Of a DNA stretch of 64,000 nt, positions 21,184-31,700 are shown piece after piece. The notes under the pieces were generated by a model. That model did no database searches. It saw only the letters and a list, made by a program, of their open reading frames with translations, and was not told the DNA's origin. How positions within the stretch are numbered: position 1 is the first letter of the stretch; every line of letters starts with the position of its first letter. The position numbers and the translations under genes are program-made. The DNA is taken from positions 52,699 through 116,698 of the forward strand of contig CANLGL010000006.1 in assembly GCA_947490345.1 (NCBI GenBank), given 5' to 3'. The DNA is from Deltaproteobacteria bacterium (lineage in GTDB: Bacteria > Myxococcota_A > UBA796 > SXON01).

Positions 21184-22701
21184 ATGGCACACAAGCGCAC
21201 GATGCGACCTCCCGTGGAGGTCGAGATCGACGGACTCGACGAGGACGGCATCGGCACCGGGTTGGACGACAAGCAACGACGGTGGACGATTCGTGGCGCC
21301 CTTCCCGGAGGGCGCGTCCTGGCTGGCGGGCGCCCCAACGGCGGCGCGCTCCTCGGTGAGCTTCGCCCCCCCGTGGACGCCATCGGCGCACAGTGCCCGC
21401 AGTTCGGAATCTGCGGGGGCTGCCTCTACCAGCCGCTGCCGCCGGCCTCACAGCGGCAGGCGCGCATGGATGCGCTCACGACGCTCCTGGCCCCGCTCGG
21501 CGTGGGCGACCCGACGATGCGCGCGACGCCGGGCAACGGCTATGGCTACCGCAACCGCCTGGAGCTGAGCTTCGGCGTCGAGCGCTACCTCAGTCGCGAT
21601 GAGCAGGCCGCGGAGAAGGCGGCGAGGGCAGCGCGGAAGGAAGAGCTGGCGGCCGCGCTCGTGCCTGGAGCGGACGCGGCGCCCGACGGCGACCCCGCAC
21701 GCCCGGCGAGCGCGACGGCAGCACCGGTCCCCTCCCCCCGCTTCCTCGGCTTCCACGGCCCCGGACGCTTCGATCGCATCGTCGACGTGGCGCACTGCGC
21801 GATCGCCGCACCGGAGCTCAACGTCGTCCTGGAGCGGGTGCGCGCCGACGTGCTCGGCTCTCCCTTCGCCGCCTGGAATCCCCGCGCCCAGACCGGGTTC
21901 TGGCGGCATCTCGGGCTCCGTGGCGGGGCCAGCGGCGTGCTGATCCTGCTCTACACCGCCGTGGCCAACCCCGAAACCGAGGCCTGGCTCCGCGAACACG
22001 CGCCACACTGGGGTGCCCGCGGCGTACTCTGGTACACGACCAACCGCGTGAGCGACGCGGCCACCGGCGACCTGAAAGAGGTCCTCTCCGGTGAAGCGAC
22101 CCTCGATGTCTCCCTCGGCGGTGTCCCGATGACGCTGTCCCCGCTGGCCTTCTTCCAGGTCAACCCGACCGGCGCCGAGGTGCTGCTGGACGTGATCGCC
22201 GAGGCCCTCGGGAAGGGCGGGCTCCTGCTCGACCTGTACTGCGGGGTCGGTGCGCTGGGGCTTGCTCTGCACAGGAACTTCGAGACCATCGCTGGCGTGG
22301 ACCTCGTCGCCGAGGGCATCGCCGAGGCTCGGCGTAACGCAGAGACGCTTGGCGTGCGCGCCGACTATCGCGCCGGTCGCGCTGAGCTGGTGTTGCCCGA
22401 GCTGCTCCGGGACTACGGCGCCGCCGCCACCACGGAGCGGCGCCTCGCGGTGCTGGTGGACCCCCCACGCGCGGGACTGCATCCCGACGCCCTCTCCCTC
22501 TTGTGCACCGTCCCTGCCCACGTCCTGGTGTATGTCGCCTGCCGTCCGACCAGCCTGCTCCGCGACGGGCTGGCGCTCGTCGCCGCGGGGTGGCGCTGCA
22601 CGTCCTGGTCCGCGGTCGACCTCTTCCCGCACACCTCGCACGTCGAGGTCGTCGCGCGTTTTGTGCGTCCGCCGGCTACCTTGGCGGCGGAGACAGCCTG
22701 A
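21184..22701 (+). CDS. rlmD: 23S rRNA m5U methyltransferase (RlmD/TrmA family)
   Basis: CPQFGICGGC, YRNR, FFQVN, DLYCGVG, DPPRAGL, YVAC and DLFPHTSHVE motifs. Confidence 0.88.
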   Translation: MAHKRTMRPPVEVEIDGLDEDGIGTGLDDKQRRWTIRGALPGGRVLAGGRPNGGALLGELRPPVDAIGAQCPQFGICGGCLYQPLPPASQRQARMDALTTLLAPLGVGDPTMRATPGNGYGYRNRLELSFGVERYLSRDEQAAEKAARAARKEELAAALVPGADAAPDGDPARPASATAAPVPSPRFLGFHGPGRFDRIVDVAHCAIAAPELNVVLERVRADVLGSPFAAWNPRAQTGFWRHLGLRGGASGVLILLYTAVANPETEAWLREHAPHWGARGVLWYTTNRVSDAATGDLKEVLSGEATLDVSLGGVPMTLSPLAFFQVNPTGAEVLLDVIAEALGKGGLLLDLYCGVGALGLALHRNFETIAGVDLVAEGIAEARRNAETLGVRADYRAGRAELVLPELLRDYGAAATTERRLAVLVDPPRAGLHPDALSLLCTVPAHVLVYVACRPTSLLRDGLALVAAGWRCTSWSAVDLFPHTSHVEVVARFVRPPATLAAETA

Positions 22702-23747
22702 TGAAGTCGATCGTGGTCCTCGCCCTGTTCCTGGCCGCCTGCGAAACCAGCACCACCGACAAGGTTGGCGGGGTCGACACCAGCGAGGTGTCGTGCGACC
22801 GCATCCACGGCGCGCGCGGGATTTTGATGATTGACGGCGACCTCACCCACTTTCCGACCGAGCAGCCCGACCCGATGGTGGCCACCACCAGCGTGGCCGG
22901 CCCGCTCGCTGACGGCACCTTCGTCGCGATCGCTGGCGGCGAGCTCTTGACCAGCGCCGACAGTGGCTGCAACTGGGAGGAGCCGGGCAGCCGGTTGCCC
23001 GGCGCTGGAGCGTGGGACCTCGTGGCCGCCGGCGACCTGGTCTACGCCTTCGATCGCGCCAGCAGCAGCACCGCGACCAGCACCGACGGCGCGCTGTCCT
23101 GGTCCGCGACCGAAAGCGGGGAGCCGTTCTTGGGTGAGGTGACATTCGACGCTGCCGTGGCCGGCACCCTCCGCGGCGTGCAACCGCGCGGCGTCGTCAC
23201 CTCCACCGACTTCGGCGCCACCTGGACGCCCAACGCCACCCCGCCCCCGTTCCCGCTCACCGCGGGCGCGGTCTACGGCGGGGACCTCGCCGTGGTGGTC
23301 GCGACTCATTCTGGCGGGGTGCTGCTCAGCAACACCGGTGGTACCGCGTGGGAGGAGATTGGCATCCAGCTCTTCGCCGACGGCTTCGTCGGCCACCGCG
23401 TCATCTTCTCGACCGACTCGGCCACCACCATCTGGGTGGCGGGCCTCGAAGACGGCGACACGACCGCCATCTACCGCACCATCGACGGCGGCGGGCGCTG
23501 GGACGAGGTGATGACCAGCAAGGGCTACGATCTCGACGAGGACGCGCCGATCTGGGCGGTGCCCGACCAGGCCAACGGGGCGATCAGCGCCTGGGGGTCA
23601 ACCCAGGACAACTACGGCATCAACGTGTACGAGATCACGGCCGGAGAGAACGTCCACACCACGCACACCTCGGCCTACTACAACGTCCACGACGTGGTCG
23701 TACGCGACGATGGAAGCTTGCTCGTGGCGGTGGATGGGTTGAAGTAG
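22701..23747 (+). CDS. Lipoprotein with BNR/Asp-box beta-propeller repeats
   Basis: LAAC lipobox; repeated S.D.G..W motifs (SADSGCNW, STDGALSW, STDFGATW, TIDGGGRW). Confidence 0.8.
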   Translation: MKSIVVLALFLAACETSTTDKVGGVDTSEVSCDRIHGARGILMIDGDLTHFPTEQPDPMVATTSVAGPLADGTFVAIAGGELLTSADSGCNWEEPGSRLPGAGAWDLVAAGDLVYAFDRASSSTATSTDGALSWSATESGEPFLGEVTFDAAVAGTLRGVQPRGVVTSTDFGATWTPNATPPPFPLTAGAVYGGDLAVVVATHSGGVLLSNTGGTAWEEIGIQLFADGFVGHRVIFSTDSATTIWVAGLEDGDTTAIYRTIDGGGRWDEVMTSKGYDLDEDAPIWAVPDQANGAISAWGSTQDNYGINVYEITAGENVHTTHTSAYYNVHDVVVRDDGSLLVAVDGLK

Positions 23748-23752
23748 GGACG

Positions 23753-24706
23753 CTACCCCGCCGCCGGCCCGCCCAGGTCCAGCCGCACGGACTCCCCCTC
23801 TGCCACCTCGACGGAGCGGCTCTCCACACCGCCGCCGATGCGTACCTCCACATCGTGATCGCCGGTGGGGAGAGTGAACAGCCCGGAGCCTTGCACGAAG
23901 CCCCGGGGCCCGCCATCAATCCACACGTCGGCGTCGTGCTCAACCACGAGCTCAAGCACCCCGAAGCCGGGCGCGACCGCGACCATTTCCCCGGCCTCGG
24001 TCCCGACTTCCTGAAGCTCGACGGCGTCCGGCGACCCAAGCAGGTAGTCCTCGAACAACCCGGTGAGCCCAGCGAGAAGACCAGATGCCGAGGCGACGGG
24101 TCGGTTCTCGCGATTCGCGGCGCCGGTGGAGGGCCTCGAACTCACGCCCGGACCGGCAGCGATCACGTCGCGCAGCAGGATGCCGCCGCCCAACGCCGCC
24201 GTCAGCACGCCGGTCAGCCCCAGCGCCAAGGGCACCTGCCCGGCCAGGCGCGGCCGACGCCTCGGGGCTGGCGCCGCGACGATCGCCCCCGCCATCGGCA
24301 TGACCCGCCGCGGCATGGGGAGGGTGCGGACGATCCCCATCCGTGCCCCGGGGTCTGCCGCCGGCTCGGCGCCTTCATCAGGAGCTTCGAGCGCTGGCAT
24401 GTCGGCCAAGGCCTCTGCGACCGGGCCATCCACGACATCAAAAAAATCCAGTCGGGGATCGTCGGGCTCAAAGTAGGACACGACGTCGCGAAGGCCCGGA
24501 CCTTTCGCCGGTACATTCAACAACCCATCGCTGGACCGCGGGCGACTCGCGTCAAGAAACGCGGCAATGGCCTCTGGCACGAGGCCAGAGGCCACCGGCG
24601 CGTCCAACGGCACGAGCCACTGCCGCGCCGGCGCCCCCACGAGCCCACGGCTTTGCCTCCCGAGCGGGCTCGGAGTGCGCGGCAACGTGAGCTCGTGGTG
24701 CCCCAC
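23753..24706 (-). CDS. Hypothetical membrane protein with C-terminal PEGA-like domain
   Basis: Single TM; ADVWIDG..RG...LPTGDHDVEV. Confidence 0.6.
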   Translation of the reverse strand: MGHHELTLPRTPSPLGRQSRGLVGAPARQWLVPLDAPVASGLVPEAIAAFLDASRPRSSDGLLNVPAKGPGLRDVVSYFEPDDPRLDFFDVVDGPVAEALADMPALEAPDEGAEPAADPGARMGIVRTLPMPRRVMPMAGAIVAAPAPRRRPRLAGQVPLALGLTGVLTAALGGGILLRDVIAAGPGVSSRPSTGAANRENRPVASASGLLAGLTGLFEDYLLGSPDAVELQEVGTEAGEMVAVAPGFGVLELVVEHDADVWIDGGPRGFVQGSGLFTLPTGDHDVEVRIGGGVESRSVEVAEGESVRLDLGGPAAG

Positions 24707-24709
24707 CGC

Positions 24710-26542
24710 TTAGAAGACCGGCGTGCCGGCGTCCACCGGCACGTACTGCACGGCGTCGCCGCTGTTGAAGCTCTCCAGAAGCTCCTGCATCGCCACCACC
24801 TCGGCGTCCGAGCCCGTGTTCCAGGTGTCGATTGCTTCGCCGATCAGGTCGCCGGCGACGGCGATGCTCCCGTCCGGCATCACGATGCCGGCATCATCGC
24901 CACCGACGCGGTGCTGCACGTTGAAGATGAACGCCAGGAGCTGCTGCGCGAGCTGCTCCTCGTGGGTGCCTTGGCCATTGTTTTCCGTGAGGAACTCGGA
25001 GACTTCAGCCTGGAACGTGCCACAGTCGGCACCGGTATTTTCGGTGCAGATGGCGGTCCCGTTGGCGAAGAACCCGTCGAACGGGGTGTCGGTTTGGTCC
25101 GCGTAGTAGGCGTCGGTGGAGTAGGGGTCCAGCGCGTTCACGATGTCGATGTTGGCCTGGGTGAGCTCCGCCAGCCCGTTGACGTTGTGCCAGTAGCCCT
25201 TGGTGCCGAAGTCCGCGAGGGCAAAGCGGATGTTGGTGTAGTCGGCGGCGAGCGACGACCCGGTCATCGTCGCGCCGGAGAGCGTGGAAACGATGGTGTC
25301 GGAAACGCTCGACGCCCCGGTGGCGGTCCACTCGCCGGACAGCTCCACGCCTTCGGTCACGGTGTAGCTGCCAGGGAGCAGGTCGTCCCAGGAGGTGCAG
25401 CCCGTCGCGTCGGTGTACTGGGTGCTGTCTACCGTGCCGCCGAGCACATCCGTGCCGGTGAGGATGAACTGCCAGCCTTCAACGAGCGACTCCCCGATAT
25501 CTTCCACGCCATTCCCGTTGCGATCGAACACCTTGCAGGCGTCGAAGCTGCCGAGGCCGACGTTGCCGTACACCACGCTGTGGGTCTCTCCAGAGGTGCC
25601 CGCCACGGTCACGTTCACGGTCGCCGACGCGTTGGGGTAGCTGCTGCTCACCGCGCCGTCCAGGTAGGCGACGGTCTGGTCGGTGCCGCTCGGGGTGGCC
25701 TCGACGAAGCTGTAGACCCCCGCCGCGTACGCCGTGAGCGTGGCCGCGGTGTACAAGGTGTTGGTGACGCCGAGGGTGTCGGTCGCGTCAACCGACCAGC
25801 CGGTCACGCTCCCTTCAGAGATGTCCTGCGCGCCATTCATGTTGGCGTCGTGGAACTTGGCGACCGAGATCAAGGGCGCGGTGAAGGTCTTGCCCTTGTA
25901 TTTGACCTTGTAGTTGTCCGTCTTGGATTGGGAGTTCACGAAGCCGTGGTAGTTGCCGGCGGTGTAGGCCTCCCCATTGACGTTGCAGGTTCCGCTCGAC
26001 GGGCAAGCTGCCGTGCTGCCGGTGTAGCTGCTGGTAGGGGTCATCCACACCTTGTAAACGCCACCCAGGTTCGGCGTGTCGTCGTAGGGGAAGAGCTGCA
26101 CGGTCTTCGCGCCCTCCTCCGCATGATCGACGTCAGTGCCCGAGCTGTGCAAGCAGGCGGTGCCCACCCAGACACCCCGCGATTTGACGTAGTTGGTACC
26201 AGCATAAACGGTGTCGATCACTCCGGCCGCGTTCACGTGCACCTTGCGGCACCTGATGTTGTCGGAGGAGAGCAGGTCCTTCCCGCTCGGGTCCGTCACC
26301 TGGTAGTAGTAGTCGCCCTCCGGGAGGCCGGCAGCGCTGACCGGCGCGTTGGGACCAGGACCGCCGTCGAGGTACACGTCGGTCTTGTTCTCGTAGTGCA
26401 CGTTCTCGTTCACCACCGAGCCGTCCACGGTCGTCGTGAAGATCGCACCGGAGAGGTTTGCCGCGAAAGCTGCGAGCGGCAGCCCTAGGGCGGCCACGGT
26501 GACAAGACCAGGAACCAGGAACCGACGGGTGACGATAGCCAT
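24710..26542 (-). CDS. Secreted surface protein with SdrD B/Cna-like Ig repeats
   Basis: GGAG RBS; signal peptide; KFHDANMNGAQD..E, KVFDRNGNGVED.GE and LLPGSYTVTE motifs; T/S-rich. Confidence 0.8.
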   Translation of the reverse strand: MAIVTRRFLVPGLVTVAALGLPLAAFAANLSGAIFTTTVDGSVVNENVHYENKTDVYLDGGPGPNAPVSAAGLPEGDYYYQVTDPSGKDLLSSDNIRCRKVHVNAAGVIDTVYAGTNYVKSRGVWVGTACLHSSGTDVDHAEEGAKTVQLFPYDDTPNLGGVYKVWMTPTSSYTGSTAACPSSGTCNVNGEAYTAGNYHGFVNSQSKTDNYKVKYKGKTFTAPLISVAKFHDANMNGAQDISEGSVTGWSVDATDTLGVTNTLYTAATLTAYAAGVYSFVEATPSGTDQTVAYLDGAVSSSYPNASATVNVTVAGTSGETHSVVYGNVGLGSFDACKVFDRNGNGVEDIGESLVEGWQFILTGTDVLGGTVDSTQYTDATGCTSWDDLLPGSYTVTEGVELSGEWTATGASSVSDTIVSTLSGATMTGSSLAADYTNIRFALADFGTKGYWHNVNGLAELTQANIDIVNALDPYSTDAYYADQTDTPFDGFFANGTAICTENTGADCGTFQAEVSEFLTENNGQGTHEEQLAQQLLAFIFNVQHRVGGDDAGIVMPDGSIAVAGDLIGEAIDTWNTGSDAEVVAMQELLESFNSGDAVQYVPVDAGTPVF

Positions 26543-26637
26543 GATGGACTCCAAGAGAGGGGGGGAGGAGTGAACCCGCTGCCGGTTGGCACCAAGTCGG
26601 TATCGGTACGGAGCGCTCCGACCGGTGGTCACCAGGA

Positions 26638-26700
26638 TCAGGCAAATCGCCGCACATGACGTGCGGCAAAACGTCGCAAATCAGACTTGTTTTCGTTTTT
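26638..26700. promoter_or_regulatory. Candidate regulator-binding sites upstream of the surface protein gene
   Basis: Two related 17-mers (TCAGGCAAATCGCCGCA, TGCGGCAAAACGTCGCA) 24 bp apart, followed by a T/A tract. Confidence 0.4.
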
Positions 26701-26756
26701 TTGAGTAAATGCCCCCATCGGCGATTAGCGACCATGGAAGGGCAGAACTTGACGCG

Positions 26757-26963
26757 TCAATAGAGGGCCGGGACGACCTGGGACCCTACTCCCCCGGCGC
26801 TCCCGTCCGCCTGGGCCAGCGCCATGTCGGCGATCGCTCTGGCCATCCGGCCGTTGCCATCCTCGAAGGGGTGGATGGTCAGAAACCAGAAGTGGGCGAC
26901 GCCCGCCCGGAGCAACGGGTCGATCGCGACCGGTTCGTTGAACCAACCCACCAGCGCATCCAT
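26757..26963 (-). pseudogene. Fic-family fragment (68 aa)
   Basis: Canonical HPFEDGNGRMAR motif, but far too short for a full Fic protein. Confidence 0.8.
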
Positions 26964-26967
26964 CGAT

Positions 26968-27834
26968 TCACCGCAACCCCGCCACCACCTGATCCCCCAA
27001 CATCGCCCCGAACACGACGAACAAGTAGGTGATCGACACCCGGAAAACCTGGTAGTCGACATCGGGTTTATTCGCGTAGATCGAGCGTAAGACCCACACC
27101 GCGAACCACGCGCCGGCCACGAGGGCAGCCGCGCCGTAGTACCAGCTCGCCAACCCCAGCACCGACGGCAAAACCGAAAACGCCGCGAGGATCACCGCGT
27201 ACACCAGCGACTGCCGCCGCGTGCTGGCGTCGCCGACGACGTTGGGCATCATCGGAAAACCAGCGTTGGCGTAGTCTTCTTTGCGGAAGATCGCGATGGC
27301 CCAGAAGTGGGGTGGCGTCCACAAGAAGATGATGCCGAAGAGGATCCAGCTGGCCCAGGTCAGCTGACCAGTCAAGGCGGCTTCCGCGATGAGCGGCGCC
27401 GTCGCGCCCGCGGCACCGCCGATGACGATGTTCTGCGGTGTTCGTGGCTTGAGCCACGCGGTGTAGACGACGACGTAGAAGACAATCGTCCCGAGCCCGA
27501 CCATCGCCGCGAAGAAGCTGCCGACCCACCAAAGAAACGCCGTCGAGACAACGGTCAGCACCAAGCCGAGGATCAGCGCGTGCTGCGGCTGGACCGAGGC
27601 CGCCGGCAACGGGCGACTCCGGGTACGCGCCATCTGCGCGTCGGTGTCCCGTTCGTACCAGGCGTTGAGCGTCGAGGACGCCGCGCCGGCGAGCGCGGTC
27701 CCGAACAGGACCAGGGCCGCCTTGGTGACCGTGGTGCCGCCGACCCACCCGAAAATGGGGAGCCCAGTGAACAACACCAGGAGCAGCACCTTCGGCCGCG
27801 TCATCTCCCACCACATGCGCAGCTGCTGGATCAT
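26968..27834 (-). CDS. ctaB: Protoheme IX farnesyltransferase (heme O synthase)
   Basis: D..MARTRSRPLP, YTAWLKPRTPQNIVIGG.AGA and WTPPHFWA motifs; ATGA overlap with ctaA. Confidence 0.95.
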   Translation of the reverse strand: MIQQLRMWWEMTRPKVLLLVLFTGLPIFGWVGGTTVTKAALVLFGTALAGAASSTLNAWYERDTDAQMARTRSRPLPAASVQPQHALILGLVLTVVSTAFLWWVGSFFAAMVGLGTIVFYVVVYTAWLKPRTPQNIVIGGAAGATAPLIAEAALTGQLTWASWILFGIIFLWTPPHFWAIAIFRKEDYANAGFPMMPNVVGDASTRRQSLVYAVILAAFSVLPSVLGLASWYYGAAALVAGAWFAVWVLRSIYANKPDVDYQVFRVSITYLFVVFGAMLGDQVVAGLR

Positions 27835-28679
27835 CGAGCGTGCATCCACGACAGGGTCGCGACGAGCGCGTGCGCTGTGGCCGCGTGAGCAATCCGGACC
27901 GCGACCGGCATGTCGACAAGTACGGTCGCGACGCCGAGGGCCACCTGGACGAGCACCAAGCCCAGCACCACCATGGCTGCCTTGGATCGCCCCCCCAGCC
28001 ACACCCACCCCACCGCCGCCGCGAGGACCGTGTACGCCCCCAAGCGATGGAGCAAGTGGAGGCCCACGACGCCATCGAGGCGCGGGAACCAGACCCCGTC
28101 GTAGCAGGCGGGCCACTCCGTGCAGGCCAGGCGCGCCTCGTTGCTGGAGACCAGCCCTCCCAAGGCCATCTGCACCACCACCGCCGCCGCCACTGCGGTG
28201 GCCGCGCCGCGCGCCGCGCCCAAGTCCACGCGTGGCGAGCCCCGCAGGCGCACCGCCAGGACGATCAACAGCGCCATGAATGCGTTGCCGAACAACAGGT
28301 GCAGGGTCACGCTCCAAAACGCAAGACCCAACAGCACGGTCAGCCCACCGAGCACGATCTGCGCGGCCAGCACCCCCGCCGCGACGAGCACGATGGCGCC
28401 GTGCTTGCGGCGACGCCCCGGCTCGGCGAGCACGGCGACACCGAGCCCCAGGAACCCCAAGGAAATCGTCCCGGCGAGCACCCGATGCCCCCACTCCAAG
28501 AAAACCTGGAAGTTGAACACCGGAACCAGCTCCCCAAAACACAGTGGCCAGTCCGGACACGACAGCCCCGCCTCGTGCACCCGGACCGTGCTACCGAACA
28601 CCAGGAGCGCCCACGTCACGACCGCCATCGCGGCAAAACCTGCTCCGAGGCGCTTTTGGACGAGGTCGGAGGCGGGCAC
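27831..28679 (-). CDS. ctaA: Heme A synthase (COX15/CtaA family); start uncertain
   Basis: AGLSCPDWPLC, EWGHR, HL, CTEWPAC and HR motifs. Confidence 0.92.
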   Translation of the reverse strand: MPASDLVQKRLGAGFAAMAVVTWALLVFGSTVRVHEAGLSCPDWPLCFGELVPVFNFQVFLEWGHRVLAGTISLGFLGLGVAVLAEPGRRRKHGAIVLVAAGVLAAQIVLGGLTVLLGLAFWSVTLHLLFGNAFMALLIVLAVRLRGSPRVDLGAARGAATAVAAAVVVQMALGGLVSSNEARLACTEWPACYDGVWFPRLDGVVGLHLLHRLGAYTVLAAAVGWVWLGGRSKAAMVVLGLVLVQVALGVATVLVDMPVAVRIAHAATAHALVATLSWMHAR

Positions 28680-28767
28680 ACCGGTTCCCAAAGGGCCGGC
28701 GCCGTATGCCTCCGGGGGCCCGCGGGCAAGCTTGGCGCGATAATCCCCGCAGCCGCACCGGACGCCC

Positions 28768-31700
28768 ATGCTGACGACCCTGATTGCCCTGTACTCCGCA
28801 GTCTTTGCCGAGGAGCCCGCCACGCCCGAATGGGACATCGCGGCTGCGCATGGCCCAGGGAAGGACGTGAATTTCTCGACAAGGGAGGGCACGTGGATGG
28901 GCGTCGACGTCTCCCCCGACGGCGGATTCGTCCTGTTCGACCTGCTGGGGGACATCTACGAGGTGCCGCTCATCGGCGGCGTGGCCAGGCGCATCACGTC
29001 GGGGAACGCCTGGGACACCGACGCGCACTACGCGCGCGACAGCCACCGGATCGCGTTCACCTCGGACCGCGGCGGCAACGAGAACCTGTGGACGATGAAG
29101 CTCGACGGCACCGACGCCAGGGCCTTGACCGAGGACAAGGTAGACCGGTGGACCGACCCGGTGTGGGCCCCCGAGGCCGGGTGGCTGCTCGGCCGAAAGC
29201 GCATGGTCGACACCCGCAGCATCGGCATCCAGGAGCTCTGGCTCATCCACGAAGAGGGCGGCACCGGCACGCAGATCACCTCCCTCGACGTCGATCCGCA
29301 CGCGGGTGAGGCCGCGTTTTCCCCCGACGGTCGCTACCTGTGGTTCAGCACCCGCTCGGGCCGCTTCGAGTACGACCAGAACGTGCACCACGGGCTGTGG
29401 CAGCTCGTCCGCTACGATCGCGAGCTGGGCGAACGCACGGTGATGACCTCGCTCAGCGAAGGGGCCACCCGACCCACGCCCTCCCCCGACGGTCGTTCGC
29501 TGGCGTTTCTGACCCGCGACCGCGCCAACACGGTGCTGATGGTCATGGATGTCGCGACCGGACGCATGCGGCGCATCGCCGACGGCCTCGACAAAGACGC
29601 GATGGAGGCCTTCGAGCTGCGGGGCACCTATCCGCGCATGGACTGGACCCCCGACAGCCGACAGATCGTCTACTGGGCGGGCGGAACCCTCTGGCGCGTC
29701 GATGCCTCCAGCCTCGCGCGGGCGCAGATCCCCTTTCAGGCCACGGTAGAGCTGCGGGTGGCCGACTCGGTGCATCCGGCGCGCCGGGTGGAAGATGGGA
29801 ACGTCCATGCCAAGGTCATCCGCTGGCCGGCCGAAGCTCCCGACGGCACCGTCTACGCAGCGGCGCTGGGCCGCATCTGGGCCATCGGCCGCGACGGCAA
29901 GAGTCGCGGGCTGACGGCGGAGGCCGAGACGGCCTACTTCCCTTCGTTGAGCGCCGACGGACGGACGCTCTCGTACGTGACGTGGAGCGACATCGCCGGC
30001 GGGCAGGTGTGGAGCGGCCCGGTGGGACGGGCCAGCCAGATCACCCGCACCCGTGGCGACTACCAGTCGCCGGCGCTCAGTCGTGATGGAACAACGTTGG
30101 TGTTCCTCCGCGGCACCGGTGCCACCGTGGTCGGCAACGATCTCGGGGCCGAGGCCGCGTATGACCTGATGCTGGCTCCGGCGTCGGGCGGCGACGGGGT
30201 CCGGCTGCGCAGCATCCCCTTCCGCGGCAGCAACAGCCGCGCGCCCCGCCTCCAATGGAGCGCCGACGGGGCGCGCATCTACTGGATCGAGGACGAGTCC
30301 CCCGAGCCCAGGAAGCACGAAAAGACGGTGCTCAAGTCCTGCGATCGGCTCGGTCACGACGTGCGCATCCACCTTCGGGTCGATGGCGCCCAGGAGATCC
30401 GCGTCTCGCCCGACGGCCGCTGGGTGGCCTACAAGCACCAGCACCAGGCCTGGCTGGCGCCGATGCCCGCTCTGGGTTCCGTCACGATCGACGCCGCTTC
30501 CCTCCCCGCGCGCAAGCTCACCGGCGTCGCCGGGGACTGGCTCGACTTCGCCGGCAGCAAGGTCACCTGGTCCCACGCGGACCGCTTCTACTCGCTCGAT
30601 ACCGCCGGCGTGCTCAAGAAAGACGCCAAGGAGCTCCCCAAGCCGGAGGAGCGGGCGCTCGACGTCACGGCGCCTCGCCTTGTCGGGCAGGGCACCATCG
30701 CCTTCACCAACGCGCACATCCTCACGATGGACGACGCCGGGGAGATCGACCGCGGGACGGTCGTAGTGCGCGATCGCCGCATCGTCGCGGTGGGGGCCGA
30801 CGTGCTTCCGCCGGATGGCGCACAGATCATCGATGTGCACGGCGCCACCTTGCTTCCGGGGCTCATCGACGTGCACGCCCACCTGCACTACGCCTCGGGC
30901 GACGTCTTCCCCGAGCAGGAGTGGCGGCACCTGGTCAACCTCGCCTACGGGGTCACCACGGTTTTCGACCCGAGCGCCGCCACTGACCTCGTCTTCGGCC
31001 AGGCCGAGCTGGTCGAGAGCGGGAGGATGGCCGGGCCGCGCACCCTGTCCACGGGGTTCATCCTCTACGGTGCCGACGATACCCAGGGCGCCAAGATCGA
31101 GACCTACGAGGACGCCGAAGCCCACGTGCGCCGGCTCATGCGCTACGGCGCCTGGGGCGTGAAGTCGTACCAGCAGCCGTGGCGTCGTCAGCGCCAGTGG
31201 ATCGTCGAGGCCTGCCGCAAGCTCGGTATCCTCGATGTTCCAGAGGGAGGCGGCGACCTGTTCATGAACATGACGATGGTCCTGGATGGCCACTCGTCCA
31301 TCGAACACGCGCTGCCGGTGGCGCCGGTCTACGCCGACGTCAAGAGCCTCTGGGCCAGCTCGGGCACCACCTACGTGCCGACGCTCCTGGTGGCCTACGG
31401 CGGGGTCACCGGGGAGGTCTCGTGGTTCCAGCGCGAGCGCATCTGGGAGGACGCCCGCCTGGCGCGCCTGACGCCGCCGGACGTGCTGATGAGCCGCGGC
31501 TACCGGCTCGGCATCAACATCCGGGACGACCAGGAGTTCCACCATCGCACCGTCGCCGCCGACGCCGCGGCGCTCCAGCGCCTGGGCGTGAACGTGGCGC
31601 TCGGCGCGCACGGGCAGCTCCAGGGGCTCGGCCCGCACTGGGAGTTGGAAGACCTCGGCGGGCGCGGCGCCATGACCGCTGGGCAGGCGTTGATGGCCGC

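Noticed and set aside
23348-26488. 1046-aa plus-strand ORF (similarly 28591-31788 minus, 52348-54696 minus, 10883-12574 plus, 1134-2768 plus)
   Set aside because: These are antisense or alternate-frame shadows of well-supported genes, expected in high-GC DNA; they are Arg/Gly-rich with no motifs.
26586-26602. TTGGCAC sigma-54-like -24 box
   Set aside because: There is no GC at the -12 position with correct spacing on either strand.
26641-26680. GGCAAA...CGCAAA resembling a c-di-GMP-I riboswitch
   Set aside because: It is on the wrong strand for the adjacent gene and lacks the GNRA loop and second stem of the GEMM motif.
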